Source: Hydrolagus affinis
Lineage: Eukaryota
Reading direction: 5' to 3'
DNA length: 62,460 nt
Assembly: GCA_012026655.1 (NCBI GenBank)
Contig: JAAILG010001723.1
Location: 1 to 62,460, forward strand
The translations under genes were made by a program, and so were the position numbers. Of this stretch, positions 34,801 through 46,800 are shown one piece after another (the first letter of the stretch is position 1; each line of letters opens with the position of its first letter). The notes beneath the pieces were generated by a model. The model saw only the letters and a program-made list of their open reading frames with translations. It was not told where the DNA came from and searched no databases.

Positions 34801-37800
34801 CGATTTTTATCTGGGGGGGAAATTGTTGGCTAAAACATTGGGAGGGAGAAACTCACTTCTCTTTTCAAATAGTTCCAACATAAGGTTTGAACATCCAAAC
34901 ATTCTGTCTCAGAGATGAGCATGGTACCCAATGCTACTTTGCACAGTGACCGAGCCAGGCTGGGGCACAGCAATCAAGCTAGGCTGGCACCTGTCCCGAA
35001 ACCAACAGAAAAGATCTCTTACTTGTTGAGGAGCAGATCGCTGGCTGTGAGCAAGCGACTGTGAGGAGTGAGAGGCACCAGTTGGTCAATCTCTGACAAC
35101 TTCTGCTCAAGCTCCTCGGAAGACACCTCTGTTGGGAAGTCAAGACTGTGGCTGACGTGGCCGTAAGTGGGCAGGATATCCGGGGTGCGACCCATCACAG
35201 CTTCATCCTCTTCCTCATCTCCCACCTCCTCAATGGTGTCTCTTTTACCCGGCCATAGACTAAGGCAGCTGGACTGAGTTGGCGAACTGGATAGAGAAGA
35301 AAAGTAATTAACTTAAATCAAGCCAGAGAAGAGGCTTGGCCACATACAGCCAACAATCCATTTCAGGTACATGGAGGCAGCAGGGCATGGGGTTACAGGT
35401 TTAGGACAGTGAGAAGCAACTTTAGGACATACACCACGTGAATCAACAGATTGGAAAGGGTTACCAGGAAGAGTGGGTGAGGCCAGGACTCTGTAGCTGT
35501 GACTATTATTATTATTATGATTATGATAAAGTTGGCGTCTCTAACCAGAATCTGTGGCTACCTGGGGAGGACATTTTCTGTTGAAGAGGAAAGATCAACA
35601 TTGGCCGTCTTTTGGAGTTTCCATTTCACTCGAGTACTCGACTTTGGGACCCCCGAGCCGGCCTCCTCCAGGTCTTCCAGAAACTCCAGGGTTGTCTGCC
35701 TCGAGAACAATATGGTGCCTTCAGTGGTACAACTAGAGAAGAAATCCAAACAAGAAAATCACAGGACCTACCTCTTTCTTATCATAGACAATAAAACACA
35801 TTTAAGATCTAGTCCACTGTCACTCAATTTCAGGACAGGCAGTAAGTTTGACTTTCATTCACAACTGAAACTGATTGTTGGAAAGAGTGGTTGAGGCCAA
35901 AATTCGATGTAGAAACAGCTTGATGCTGTGATGGGAGGATAGTAAGGTGGGTGTTCTGAAGGGATGAGATCAGATAGGCTGAAAGGTCAAACCACAACTG
36001 TTTGTGGAACTCTGCTGTGCACAATTAGCTGATGTGTTTCAGTCAATCCAATTTACTGTGTATTCTGTAATGTACTTTAATACATCTCAGCGGCTTGTTA
36101 AGGCACTATAATAAATGAAAGGATTACTATTATAATTATAATGGCATTTTTCATCTGAACCAATCTTGTTGTCTACAGTGCCTTTGACATAAAGTAAAGG
36201 ACATAGGGCATGGTCTTATGTTATTAATTAAGCAGTGCTGGAATCGGCTGGGAGAGTGAGCAGAGGTCTCCTCACCCCCAAAGCGATGAGTGGATTATCA
36301 AACACCCACATTACCCGTAGGGCTATGGCTGTAGAGTCACAGCTCTATGTGTCTATGTGAATTCATTGTGAACGGTCTATTCACTTCCCCTTTTCTGACT
36401 CCATGCAGGAGTCCTAAATCCATGCAGATTTGTAGATATTCTAACCCATTATCTACATGTTGCTGCAGTACCTGGACAAACTGCTCTCTCTAGAGAAGAT
36501 GGAATCAGAACTGGCCATCTTCCGGAAGCCTGGGGATCGGGTTGTCTCTCGTCCATATGTTATCTCCTCATCCGCAGCCTCAACACAATCGGAAGAAGCT
36601 TGTCTACTCAGTCTGTTGTTGTAAAAGCAATAGATGCTGTCCTGGGTCAGTGATTTACCCTAAACAGTAAGGACAGGTTTTATTATCATTATGAGATGTA
36701 ACCAGCTCCTTTGTTTCACTTTGTTCTATTGTCGGAGGTCTCATCTTTCAGATTAGGTGTGAAACCTAGTCCTGTCTGCCTGTTCAAGTAGGCCATACAG
36801 ATCCCATGACACTGGTCGAAACGAGAAATGAATTTCTTTAACCGATGCCCTGACTGACAATCCCCCAAATAAAATTGGTCGCTCACTTCATTGCTGTTTG
36901 TGGTAGATTAGCATGTGTTTGCCTACAAACACTTCACTACATTTCATGGTACATCTTGTAAAGTGCTTTGAGATGTCCTCCTAAAATGAAAGAAGCTATA
37001 GGAAAGATTACTATTCCAGTATTGTTAGTTATATAGTGTCCTTCACACAGGGGAGCACCTTGGAGCCCTGACCTCCTACAGCAGTGTCGGACTGAGGATA
37101 CGAAAGGCAAGTAATGCCTCGAAATTGACCCAGTCTTTCCGAGTGAGTGTTTTATTGGATTAAATGTGAGAAGGTGTAAAGCTGCGAATGCATGGGGAAT
37201 TGGCTTTGCAGGAGAGAAATACCCGTTTCAATTCGCTCCTTAAAATGGTTCTCTCAATCTTCAGCACAGTGGAGATGTCCGTATAATCCTTGGAAATGGA
37301 CTTGAGCAGCTCAATCAGGCTGTCCAGCAGAGCTTGGACAAACATCCAGGCAAAGGTCAGGATATTCAGCCCTCTTTGGAGCAGGTTATCTGTCAGAAGA
37401 TGTAACAAGAGGACATGCCATGAATGAGAAACATCTAAAGATCAGTTTAGGAACACAAGCATTTCGCCCACCCAAAAAAAATCAATCAATTTGACCATAT
37501 ATGCTGTGAAGTGTTTCAGACATCTCAAGGATGTTATATCAATAGCAAGAATTTATTATTGTTGGAAGACAGGAATTGCTAAACAAAAATAGATCATAGT
37601 CCATCTAGTTCACCTTGTACCATTCCTGGTTGTTGCATAATGGAGATGTTGATAGTAATTACTAATGCATGGATTAGTCTACAGTTTAGACCCAAAATGT
37701 TTCCCAGCTCTCTACGTTTTGATACAATTGTGTTAACTTTTAAGATAACATGACTTTTTTGAAAATTCCTAACTTCAATCTAAATTTTGAGCCACAGACC

Positions 37801-40800
37801 TTGAAACGATAGACTTAAGCTTAAACCTGTTAGGATTTCACCCTTGAACCCTGTGATGCACTTTAAAGTGTCTTGACGATGTGAGAAGCCTCTATATCAA
37901 ATACAAGAATTATTATTTACAATCAGCCTCAGTTCTATCTGATTCTTGTATTCTTTACAAACACATGTTATACTCCAGTGCCAGGTTACAGTTTGATAAT
38001 AGGTTAGTAGAGACCTCATTTGCATATGAAATTGACCTGGACTTGCTTCTTACCTCGTTCAGCTGGGCTGTCGTCAATGATACTGGATGTGTCCAATTCA
38101 TCCTCACTGGAGTCTGCTCTATCAATGCCTGAATCAGTTGCAGACACACACAGTCAGTCTCTTGTTAGCTCAGTACTCAGATTCAAAGAGTAAATGTTTC
38201 AGCCTGGTTTAGTTGGTGTCTCTGAGGCAGAAGGCTATGGGTTGCAAGCCCCACTTTTGGACAATTTATGGTCCAACATAAATTTATGGTCCAACAGCTG
38301 ATGGTCCAACATTTTGTCTGCCGAGTGCCACCTTGCCCTCCACCCCTCTCTGATCACAAACTCCTCATTGTCCAGCACCTTGTGTCGTCCTCCCAACATA
38401 AAAGGCGCTATATAAATATAATTTATTGTTATTGTTGTCGTCAACTTCCCCTCTTCCTCACCCCCCTACCCCCCCGCTCTCTCTCTCTCTCTCCTATTAA
38501 GCTTCCCAATCTAGGCTCCATTGAGCTATGTTTACTCCAGTGGAGCTGTTGAGAGCTCATATTGCCGTAGAGTCCGGGTTAGAATTATCAGAAATATTAC
38601 CTTGCTGCCTCCTCCTCTCCAGCTTCTCCTTCTTCCGTTGGGCTCTCTTCAGCTGCTTGAGCTCTTTGTCCCTTTCTTTGACGGCAGCTTTCGAGTCTTT
38701 GATTAAGGCGATATAAGCCAACTGCAATCAGGGAAAATAGGTGTCGACTATACAGCCCCTTGAGCCTGTTCCTCCATTCTATTAAATAATGGCTGATTTG
38801 TAATCAGCTACATTTGTTTGCCTTTGCTCCATATCCCCTGTTACCCTGACATAACAATCTGGAATTTCCATGTGTCAGGGAGGACAGGCAGGATGAGGCG
38901 GGGCATAGGAGGGTATGGAAGGGAAGGGAAACAGCCACACACCTGAAATGCTGAGGATTTCTTGGCCTCATCTTTGACCACTTCTTCTTCCTCTTCCTTA
39001 CCCTCATCCTCACTGTCTGTGTCGAACAGGTAATAACTCCCACTTTGAATCACTGATGAAAAAAAAAGGAACATAAACAAGAGGTTTGTACATTATACAC
39101 TGCCAAACAGTGAGAACTATTGCATATAATATAGTAATAATAATATTATTACTCAATAGTAATTACACAATGTGGTATTGTACTGTACAGTAACAGCCCA
39201 TGCGGTTGTCAGTCTAGTTCAGTTGGTAGCACCCTTGCTTCTGAGTCAGAAGCTTGTGGGTTCAAGCCCCATGTTGGTATTTTGAATGCACGGTCTAGGC
39301 TGACACTACTGCACAGTGCTGGGGGAGCTCTTCATTGTTGGAGGTGCTGTCCATTGGATGAGACATTAAACTATGGCCTTGTCTGCCTGTTCAGGTGGAC
39401 GTTAAAGATTCCATGGCACTATTCGAAAAGAGAAGGTAGTTTCTCTCTCCTGTTGTCCTGGCCAACTATCCTTCAACTAAAATTGATCACTTGGTTCATG
39501 GCTATCTGTGGAACACTACGGTGTGCAAATTGTCTGCCGCATTTTCTCACAAATTACATCCTTTACAGTAAATTCCTGTGAACCATTTTGAGCCAGGAAA
39601 GATTCTATATCAACTGTAAAGATGATTATTGTTGTCATATGCAGTGGCTGATTGGGCGTTCCCCGTCTGGTTGGAAAGCCTGTTGATGGGATTGAAGGCT
39701 GAGCTAACATCACTCACTGCTGCAGTGTGTATTCCACGGTTGCCACCACTTCTTTTCACCTTTGTCGTCACCTGTGGAAAATTGATGCTCAGAATCATAC
39801 GGGAAAATATTGTCAACAACAAAATTACATTAATACAGTGTCTTTCATGTCAAGAGGATATCTCAACATGCTAGATAGGTATGTGTTTTCAGCTGGGAAT
39901 TGCAGTCAAAAGAGGTGGTGAGGGGAGATGGAAAGGTGGCCAAACGCACAATCAAAGAGGAAGGTCTTGAGATAGACCTTGAAGGAGGTGAAGGAGGGGG
40001 CACAGTGGAGGGAAGGGGCAGAAAGGCTGAAGGCCTGATCACTAAGGGTGGGCAGGCAGGGGACCAGCACTTCTACCAAAGAAGTTTCTCTCTCCTGCTG
40101 TCCTGGCCAACAATCCCCTCAATAAAATTGGTCACTCATTTCATAGTTATTTGTGTGCAACTAGTTTGCTATGTTTTGCCCATAAAATACACAGCCATTC
40201 CACTTTACAGTATATCCCATGAAGCGCTTTAAGATGTGTCAACGATGTGGTAAAGTATTGTATGAAAATGGAAGGATTATTATTAGGCCTCTCTGCTCCT
40301 GGTCAGACCTCCTCTGTCTGGGTTGCAGTTCCCCATTGTGCTGGTTGCCCTCCGTTTCCTCCCCCACCCCCTCCGCCCCCACATACACATGGACGCAAAT
40401 GTTCACGTGTGCACCTTGACAGTGAGTTTTGTGAGGCCACTTGACTATACAGCAAAGCACTGGCAGCCAGGTATGAGCGCCCCAGACAGACTCTATTAGA
40501 AATAGTGTCACAGTCACACTTACACCCCAGAGAAAGAGACCTGCCTGGTTGGTGAGCTTCACTCTGCTGTTGCTCCCCATCCAGCAAATATTCAGAATCG
40601 TTGTTGGGTTTCGGAAGCTTGGCTTTTGACGCCTGGTATTTCTCCTGTCTCGCCTTAATCTGCTCCATCCTAGGTTGGAGGCAAACATGTGAAGCAACAA
40701 CAACAACAATATGCATTCACATAGTGCCCTCACATAGTGTCCTAGAGTGCTTGAATCAAACTAGCAGACCAGCAGGAAACACATTGTTGTTTGTCACATG

Positions 40801-43800
40801 CGGTTTGTAAGGCACTGTCTATTTGGTGCAGTTGTAGGGCTCTGTATGTAAACATTTAACTCGTCAGTGTGGATGAGGCTAATCTTACTGTTTCTTGAGC
40901 TGCTCCATGGATTTCTTCTCTTCGTCCAGCCGGGCAGAGACTCCTTTCTTAATCTTGGCTTCAAATAATTCAGCTCCTCTGTGGAGAAAGAAGAACTTAA
41001 CTCCACTGTGGAAAGAGAACACAATGTCTGGCAAAATTGATATGGTAGGGTCACCGAGACTGACTGCCAATGGTGGAGAGGGCTGGACTGGCTGTGGGAG
41101 TCCTTACCTGGCTGCCAGGATCTTGGAGGTATTCAGGTCCGCCACTACATATAGGAAATAGTAACTGAGAAAGACCCTCCTCTGGACGAGCAGGAAGAGG
41201 AAACAGGTGCTGTCCCACATAATACCAGCTTCTTCCTCCGGGACCTCACACCCCCTTTTCAGGCTCTCCGTGTCCGCTAGTAACATATACACAAAAAAAT
41301 CATACAGTGAGACATTCCCGCAAAATCATCGTAGAGCCTCACTTGAAGAAGCCCATTCGATCTCATCCCTCCTTGATCCCATGACAGTATCGATCTGTTT
41401 CTGAAACATGTGTGCTGGTCTCATTCCCTCACTGACTAAACTGTCTCATTCTGAATTACTCACCCGCACTGGCAGTCCAAAACACTGACTGTCCAGCGAC
41501 TTGGGACGTCCTCCCGACATGAAAGGTACTAAGCAAATGTAATTTTGTTGTTGTTACTCGCTGTATAAAAAAATATTTCCTGCTATCCTAAAATTGCCCT
41601 CTTATACTGTGGTATTGATGTTTGTAAGTATTGCTCTATCCCATTTAGACTCTCATATACTGTAATATTCTTACATATACATATTGTATTCTTATATATG
41701 ATCATACTATATATTCTTATGTAGGCTTACATACTTGCTCCCCAAACACCTTAATATTTCACCCCATCAACCATCAACTTGGGCGAATCTACAACTTAGA
41801 TGATTGTACGATTTATAAAGGGAAGACTTGTGTGAGTTTTACTCTGTCGGATCCCTTGAAAGTCCTCTGCCAGATCAAGCTGTAACTTTATTAGCTCCAG
41901 TGAGAAATTTCTGAGAAAGTTCCCTAAAACCAGATCAAGAAGTAAAGGCTCTGTACTACATAGTTTTATGGACAAACTGGCTGCCATGCACACCTACAAA
42001 TGCACAGTCTTTCCATTTTACACTGTATCTTGTGAAGTGCTTTAAGACCTATTGACATGATAAAACGCGACATCAAATGGCAGGATTGTTGTTGATACTT
42101 ACGCAGCTCATACTCCTTGATGGTGCAGGCCATGCCGAGGGTCTGCACCAGCCAGCAGTGATTCTCCAGCAACAGCTTCAGGTACACACAGGAGCCAATC
42201 TGCCCACACAGCAAGTAACACACTGCTTAATTGTTTCCCTCAAACGATCATCGGATAGTCACTACATTTTATAATTTGAGACGTCTCAACAACGTATCAA
42301 ATGCAAGGATTGTTCTCAACTTTCAACATTCGTGGGGCAGACACTGTGAGCGGTACCTACCGAAAGGAAATTCTTCAGTGTGATAACAAGAATGGTGTAG
42401 CCGATGAGGTAGTCCCAGTGCCTGAGGATGACTTTGACCGGCTTCAGGAGGAGCTCTGCCCCCGAGAGCAGGAAGTAGAAACAGGCCACCAGGTACCCCA
42501 TACAGAAGATGTTGATCCTGGTTGTCCCGGTGATGAAGATCAAACAGAGAACAAACCAGAACAAGTAGCTGAAGACAATCACTTTCAGCATGTCTAAGTA
42601 CGACCTAGAGGAAAGCCAGAATAAAGATCAAACACGTCTGTAATAAACCCAGGAACCAAGAGGCAATAATAATAATAATCCTTGCATTTGATATAGCGGC
42701 CTTATCACATCGCTGAGAAGTCTCAAAACACTGCACAGAATATACCATAAGGGTAGGTGACTGTATATTTTGTGGATGAATCGTGGCAGCAAATTGCGCA
42801 CAGCAGTGTTTCACAAACAGTCACGGATTAAGTGACCAAATGTGTTTTTTGGGGAGGGATCTGCCAATCAACTAACGACTAAGTTCCTACTTACTGCTAG
42901 GTAAATAGAGGCATGTGGAGTCGGGAAGCTGGCTTAGGTTTGCCCACCCGGGAATCAAACCCTTTCACTTGTGAGGTGAGCACGCTAACCACTATGCACT
43001 TACATTATGCCTTTCGCTGTGATTTTGCTGGTAACTACTGATTCCTAATTTTTTAAACAAAATAACAGAGCCCATGGGATACTTGTAATTTTACACCATG
43101 GTTCTTAACCCCACACCAGATCTTTGGATGAAGAAGGCTTTTGTCTCAGTTGATCTCTTACCTACAATGGAGGAAGTTAGGCACAGGGTTATATTGGTTG
43201 ATGGTGGCTGGGTCTAAACTGCGGCTGATTTCCACGTTGTCCCCCGCTATCATCCGAACGGATGCAGTGTTCTCATCCTCAAACACCTGCCACTGTCTTG
43301 ATGCGCATAACAGGAGCATGAAGTCATCTAGAGGAACAAAAGTTATAAATTCTCACCACAGTGTTAGAAAGGTAGAAATGACCCACACCATGATGATGCT
43401 AATAATAATCCTTGCATTTGATCACAACGCCTTTGATTTTGGATGGACGACGTGCAGCATTTCACAGAATTTACTGTAATTTGTAGCGATTGTGTCTTGT
43501 GCATATTACAGAGTCACTACATTTCACAATTAATCCTGTAAAACATTTTGAGACATCCTCCAGACATGAAAGTCACTGTATCAAAATTTTAAGAATCCAA
43601 ATCCCAAACTGAATCCAAATCCCGGACTAAATCCAAATGTTGTTTATTACTTACACATCAGGAACAGTGGGCTGGGTCTCTTTGTGAAGTCTGGCAGATA
43701 CAACCACTTAATAAGATTTAAGATCAGACTGCTGTCTGTCCGCCAAGGATAGTCTGTAAAGAGAATACGAACATGTATAAAACAGGTCAACCTGGGAGCC

Positions 43801-46800
43801 AAGACTTTCCTCAAACCTGCCAGCATTCTATCGCTCAAACTTAAGTCAATAAAATCTGACTTCAACACTATTACACATCTGTTAAATCCCTGGCCAACAA
43901 ACATCAAAATAAAATTGGTAATTCATTTTACGGCTGTTTGTGGGATGCTGCTATGTGTAAATTAGCTGCCATGTTCACCCACAAAACAGTTCATCTAGTC
44001 CAGATCACTTAACATGAGCTGGACTACATTAACGCTAAACTAAAAAGGAATTTAAATAAGTGCAGGATGCATTACAACAACAAACAACACCAAAATTATA
44101 TTTATAGAACGCCTTTCAAGTCAGAGGGATGTCCCAAGGAGCTGAACAGTCAAGTCAGGACCCGAGCGAGGCGCAGGGTAGGTGGGAGGGGACGGAGTTG
44201 TGGCTTAGAGTGAAAATATTTGTAAAGTAAGAACTCACAAGAGGTTCAATACAGTCTCATCTCATCTTGTAAAATCATTGAAGCTTAGAATTACATCGTG
44301 TGATACTGAATGGACACTGGCCGTCAGCCCTAGTCCTTCTAGTGTTTATACTCCATAAAGGGCTCTTTACCTCTTCCATTCCCTATACAGTAAAACTATA
44401 CAGTGTAGATAGAGTTTGGGACAATTCATATGATTTTATTCCCCTTGAGATAAGCAATTGAAAAATGAGCCCTAACTACCCAAACATCAACAATTCAAAA
44501 CCTTTTAATCTGTCCTCACTTAGCTCCCTATGCCCTCCATGGCATTGCTGGGCTGGTTTGGGGTTTGGGGGCTGTACCTTTGCAGAGCACCGGAGGGATC
44601 CCGATGCACAACAGATACTGGAACACAATGATGCAGGCCATGAAGCAGCAGTACTTTGGCCAAATCTCAGCGATGGCTTTCCTCCGGCGCCGATAGAGCA
44701 CAGCCACCAACCACAGGGCGTGGATGCCTGAGTACATGTCCATGCGCTGTCCAATGAGGTTTACAGCCATCATGAAGCAGAACTGAGAAATGAGGAACAC
44801 AAGGTAATGTCACCAACAACATCCACCATATGCCAACCTCACCCCCACACACCGTCCTCCAATAATAATAATATTATTATCCTTGCATTTAATATAGTGC
44901 CCTATGATATCGTTGAGTATATTCTATGAGCTGTTATTGAGACAGCACTTTGCTACGCGTGAGCAGTGTAAAGATAACAGCTTGGTGCAACCTGTTAACA
45001 TGGTTCATGAACCTGAAATCATTCTTGAACCAGTCAGCCTGGGAGGCGAGTTTCCCTCAACCTGCCATCCATCTAAGGTTCAATATCACGTCACGCGTAC
45101 ATTCATATTCAAATTTGGCTTCAGCACTATTATGCACACTGAGTATAAAGCAGCAACAATCATGTGACAGTCGTGCTGTGTCCACTCCAGGCTCTCATAG
45201 AGACTGGGGTCCATCAGAAACCAATCACTAAAATCAGACATTTCACATCAAATTCCCCAACATTTTTAGGATCATAGAAAGATAAATTGACTGTTCAGCC
45301 TCTCGAGTCTATTGGATCATAGCTGATGATATTCTTTCACCATTGAACAATTTACAAAGCTTGAGAGAAACATGCAAGTCCATCTCACACATACACACAC
45401 GTGTACTACTCTTGCTGAATGTCAATATTATTTTACCCCGATAAATATGACACAACTTTACACGCTCCAAACAGCATTGAGTGAAATGTGAAGTAGTTTC
45501 AGAGCTCCCTGGTAGAGAGCAGCTGTACCTCCATCCCAAATTTGTAGAATAGGTAGTTCACGAAATATCGGATGCAGTTCATTAGCCCATCGTCCAGGTG
45601 AAACCGGGTGATGTTCCCAAAAAGGGTTCCTGTCAAAGGGGATTTAAGCCCATTGTGCAGCCTGTAGTACAGCTGGTGACGATAGACTGTGGCCTCGAAG
45701 GCCAACAACCCGAGGATGCAGAGATGGTTCTAAACAGGACAAGAAACAGCACATCAACAACAACAACAAAAATAATCCTTACATTTGATATAGCACGTTA
45801 TCAAGTCTACGAGATGTCTCAAAGCGCTTCACAGAATATACTGTAAACTGAATTGCCTCCAATTCCTTAGATTCCATTGTCTTGAAAAGGTAAGATTGAG
45901 TTGGACTTTTGGAATTTAAGACAAAATCTTTTGGAGGCCAATTTTCTGCTGAACTGCCTAAGAACTGTAGAAAATTGCCTTCCAAATTAAGGCTAGTTGC
46001 CAAAATAATGCATGATCTTAAATATTAAAGTAACAGACTTAAGGTTAAGGCTGTATCGAATTTCGGGCCTCAGCACTATTGCAAATCTTCCAAGACACAT
46101 ATTGAAGTGTGGAGCTACTGGCCCAGATCATCACATTAATAGACTGGCAATCAAAGAGCCTAAAATAGGCTGCTAATGTGTCCTAACCACGGAATACAAT
46201 CTGAGCAGAGTAACGTCAAAGCCAGGGTTGTGCTGTGCACAAAGCATGGACTCAATGCCAGGGGTTTAGTGCACACTTAAAGTCAAAGTATGTGTGTAAT
46301 CAATGGATTGTGTTGATTTTGAGAGGATGAGTATTTTATAAACTGAATGAAAGCTTTCTGTACCTTCAGGCAGGGCAAGACATTGCTCTCACACTTCCTC
46401 AGCGCCCCAAACCAGAAGGCAGGGTCAATGGGGCCAGAGTACAGGGAGGATGTATTCACCAGGGCCTGGGTTCCATTCTGAGCAGGGAAAAGGACACAGT
46501 CTTAGTTACAGTCAACCTGAAATGTGGGGGAGTGGCGGCGAGATTCATTACAACAATAGCAACAGCTTACATTTATATAGTGTCGTTTCACATTGGGAGG
46601 ACATACAGCTACACTGCCAATTGCTACTGTTCTTTTTCTTTTCAAACTCTGTGAAGGGCCAAGCTTCACAATGCAGGATCGCAGTCAGACTGCATTTATA
46701 TAGTACCGGTCACGCGGGACAGCATCTCAGAGTGCCTGTACATGGTGATGGGGTACTGCTCGTGTCAGACAATAGTATTGTTAAACATGACCCATTGGGC

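Noticed and set aside
38265-38311. Short tandem repeats (ATGGTCCAACA x3; also 43594-43639, 32214-32249, 18621-18655) as CRISPR-like arrays
   Set aside because: Only 2-3 short units without regular unique spacers, in vertebrate introns; ordinary slippage duplications.
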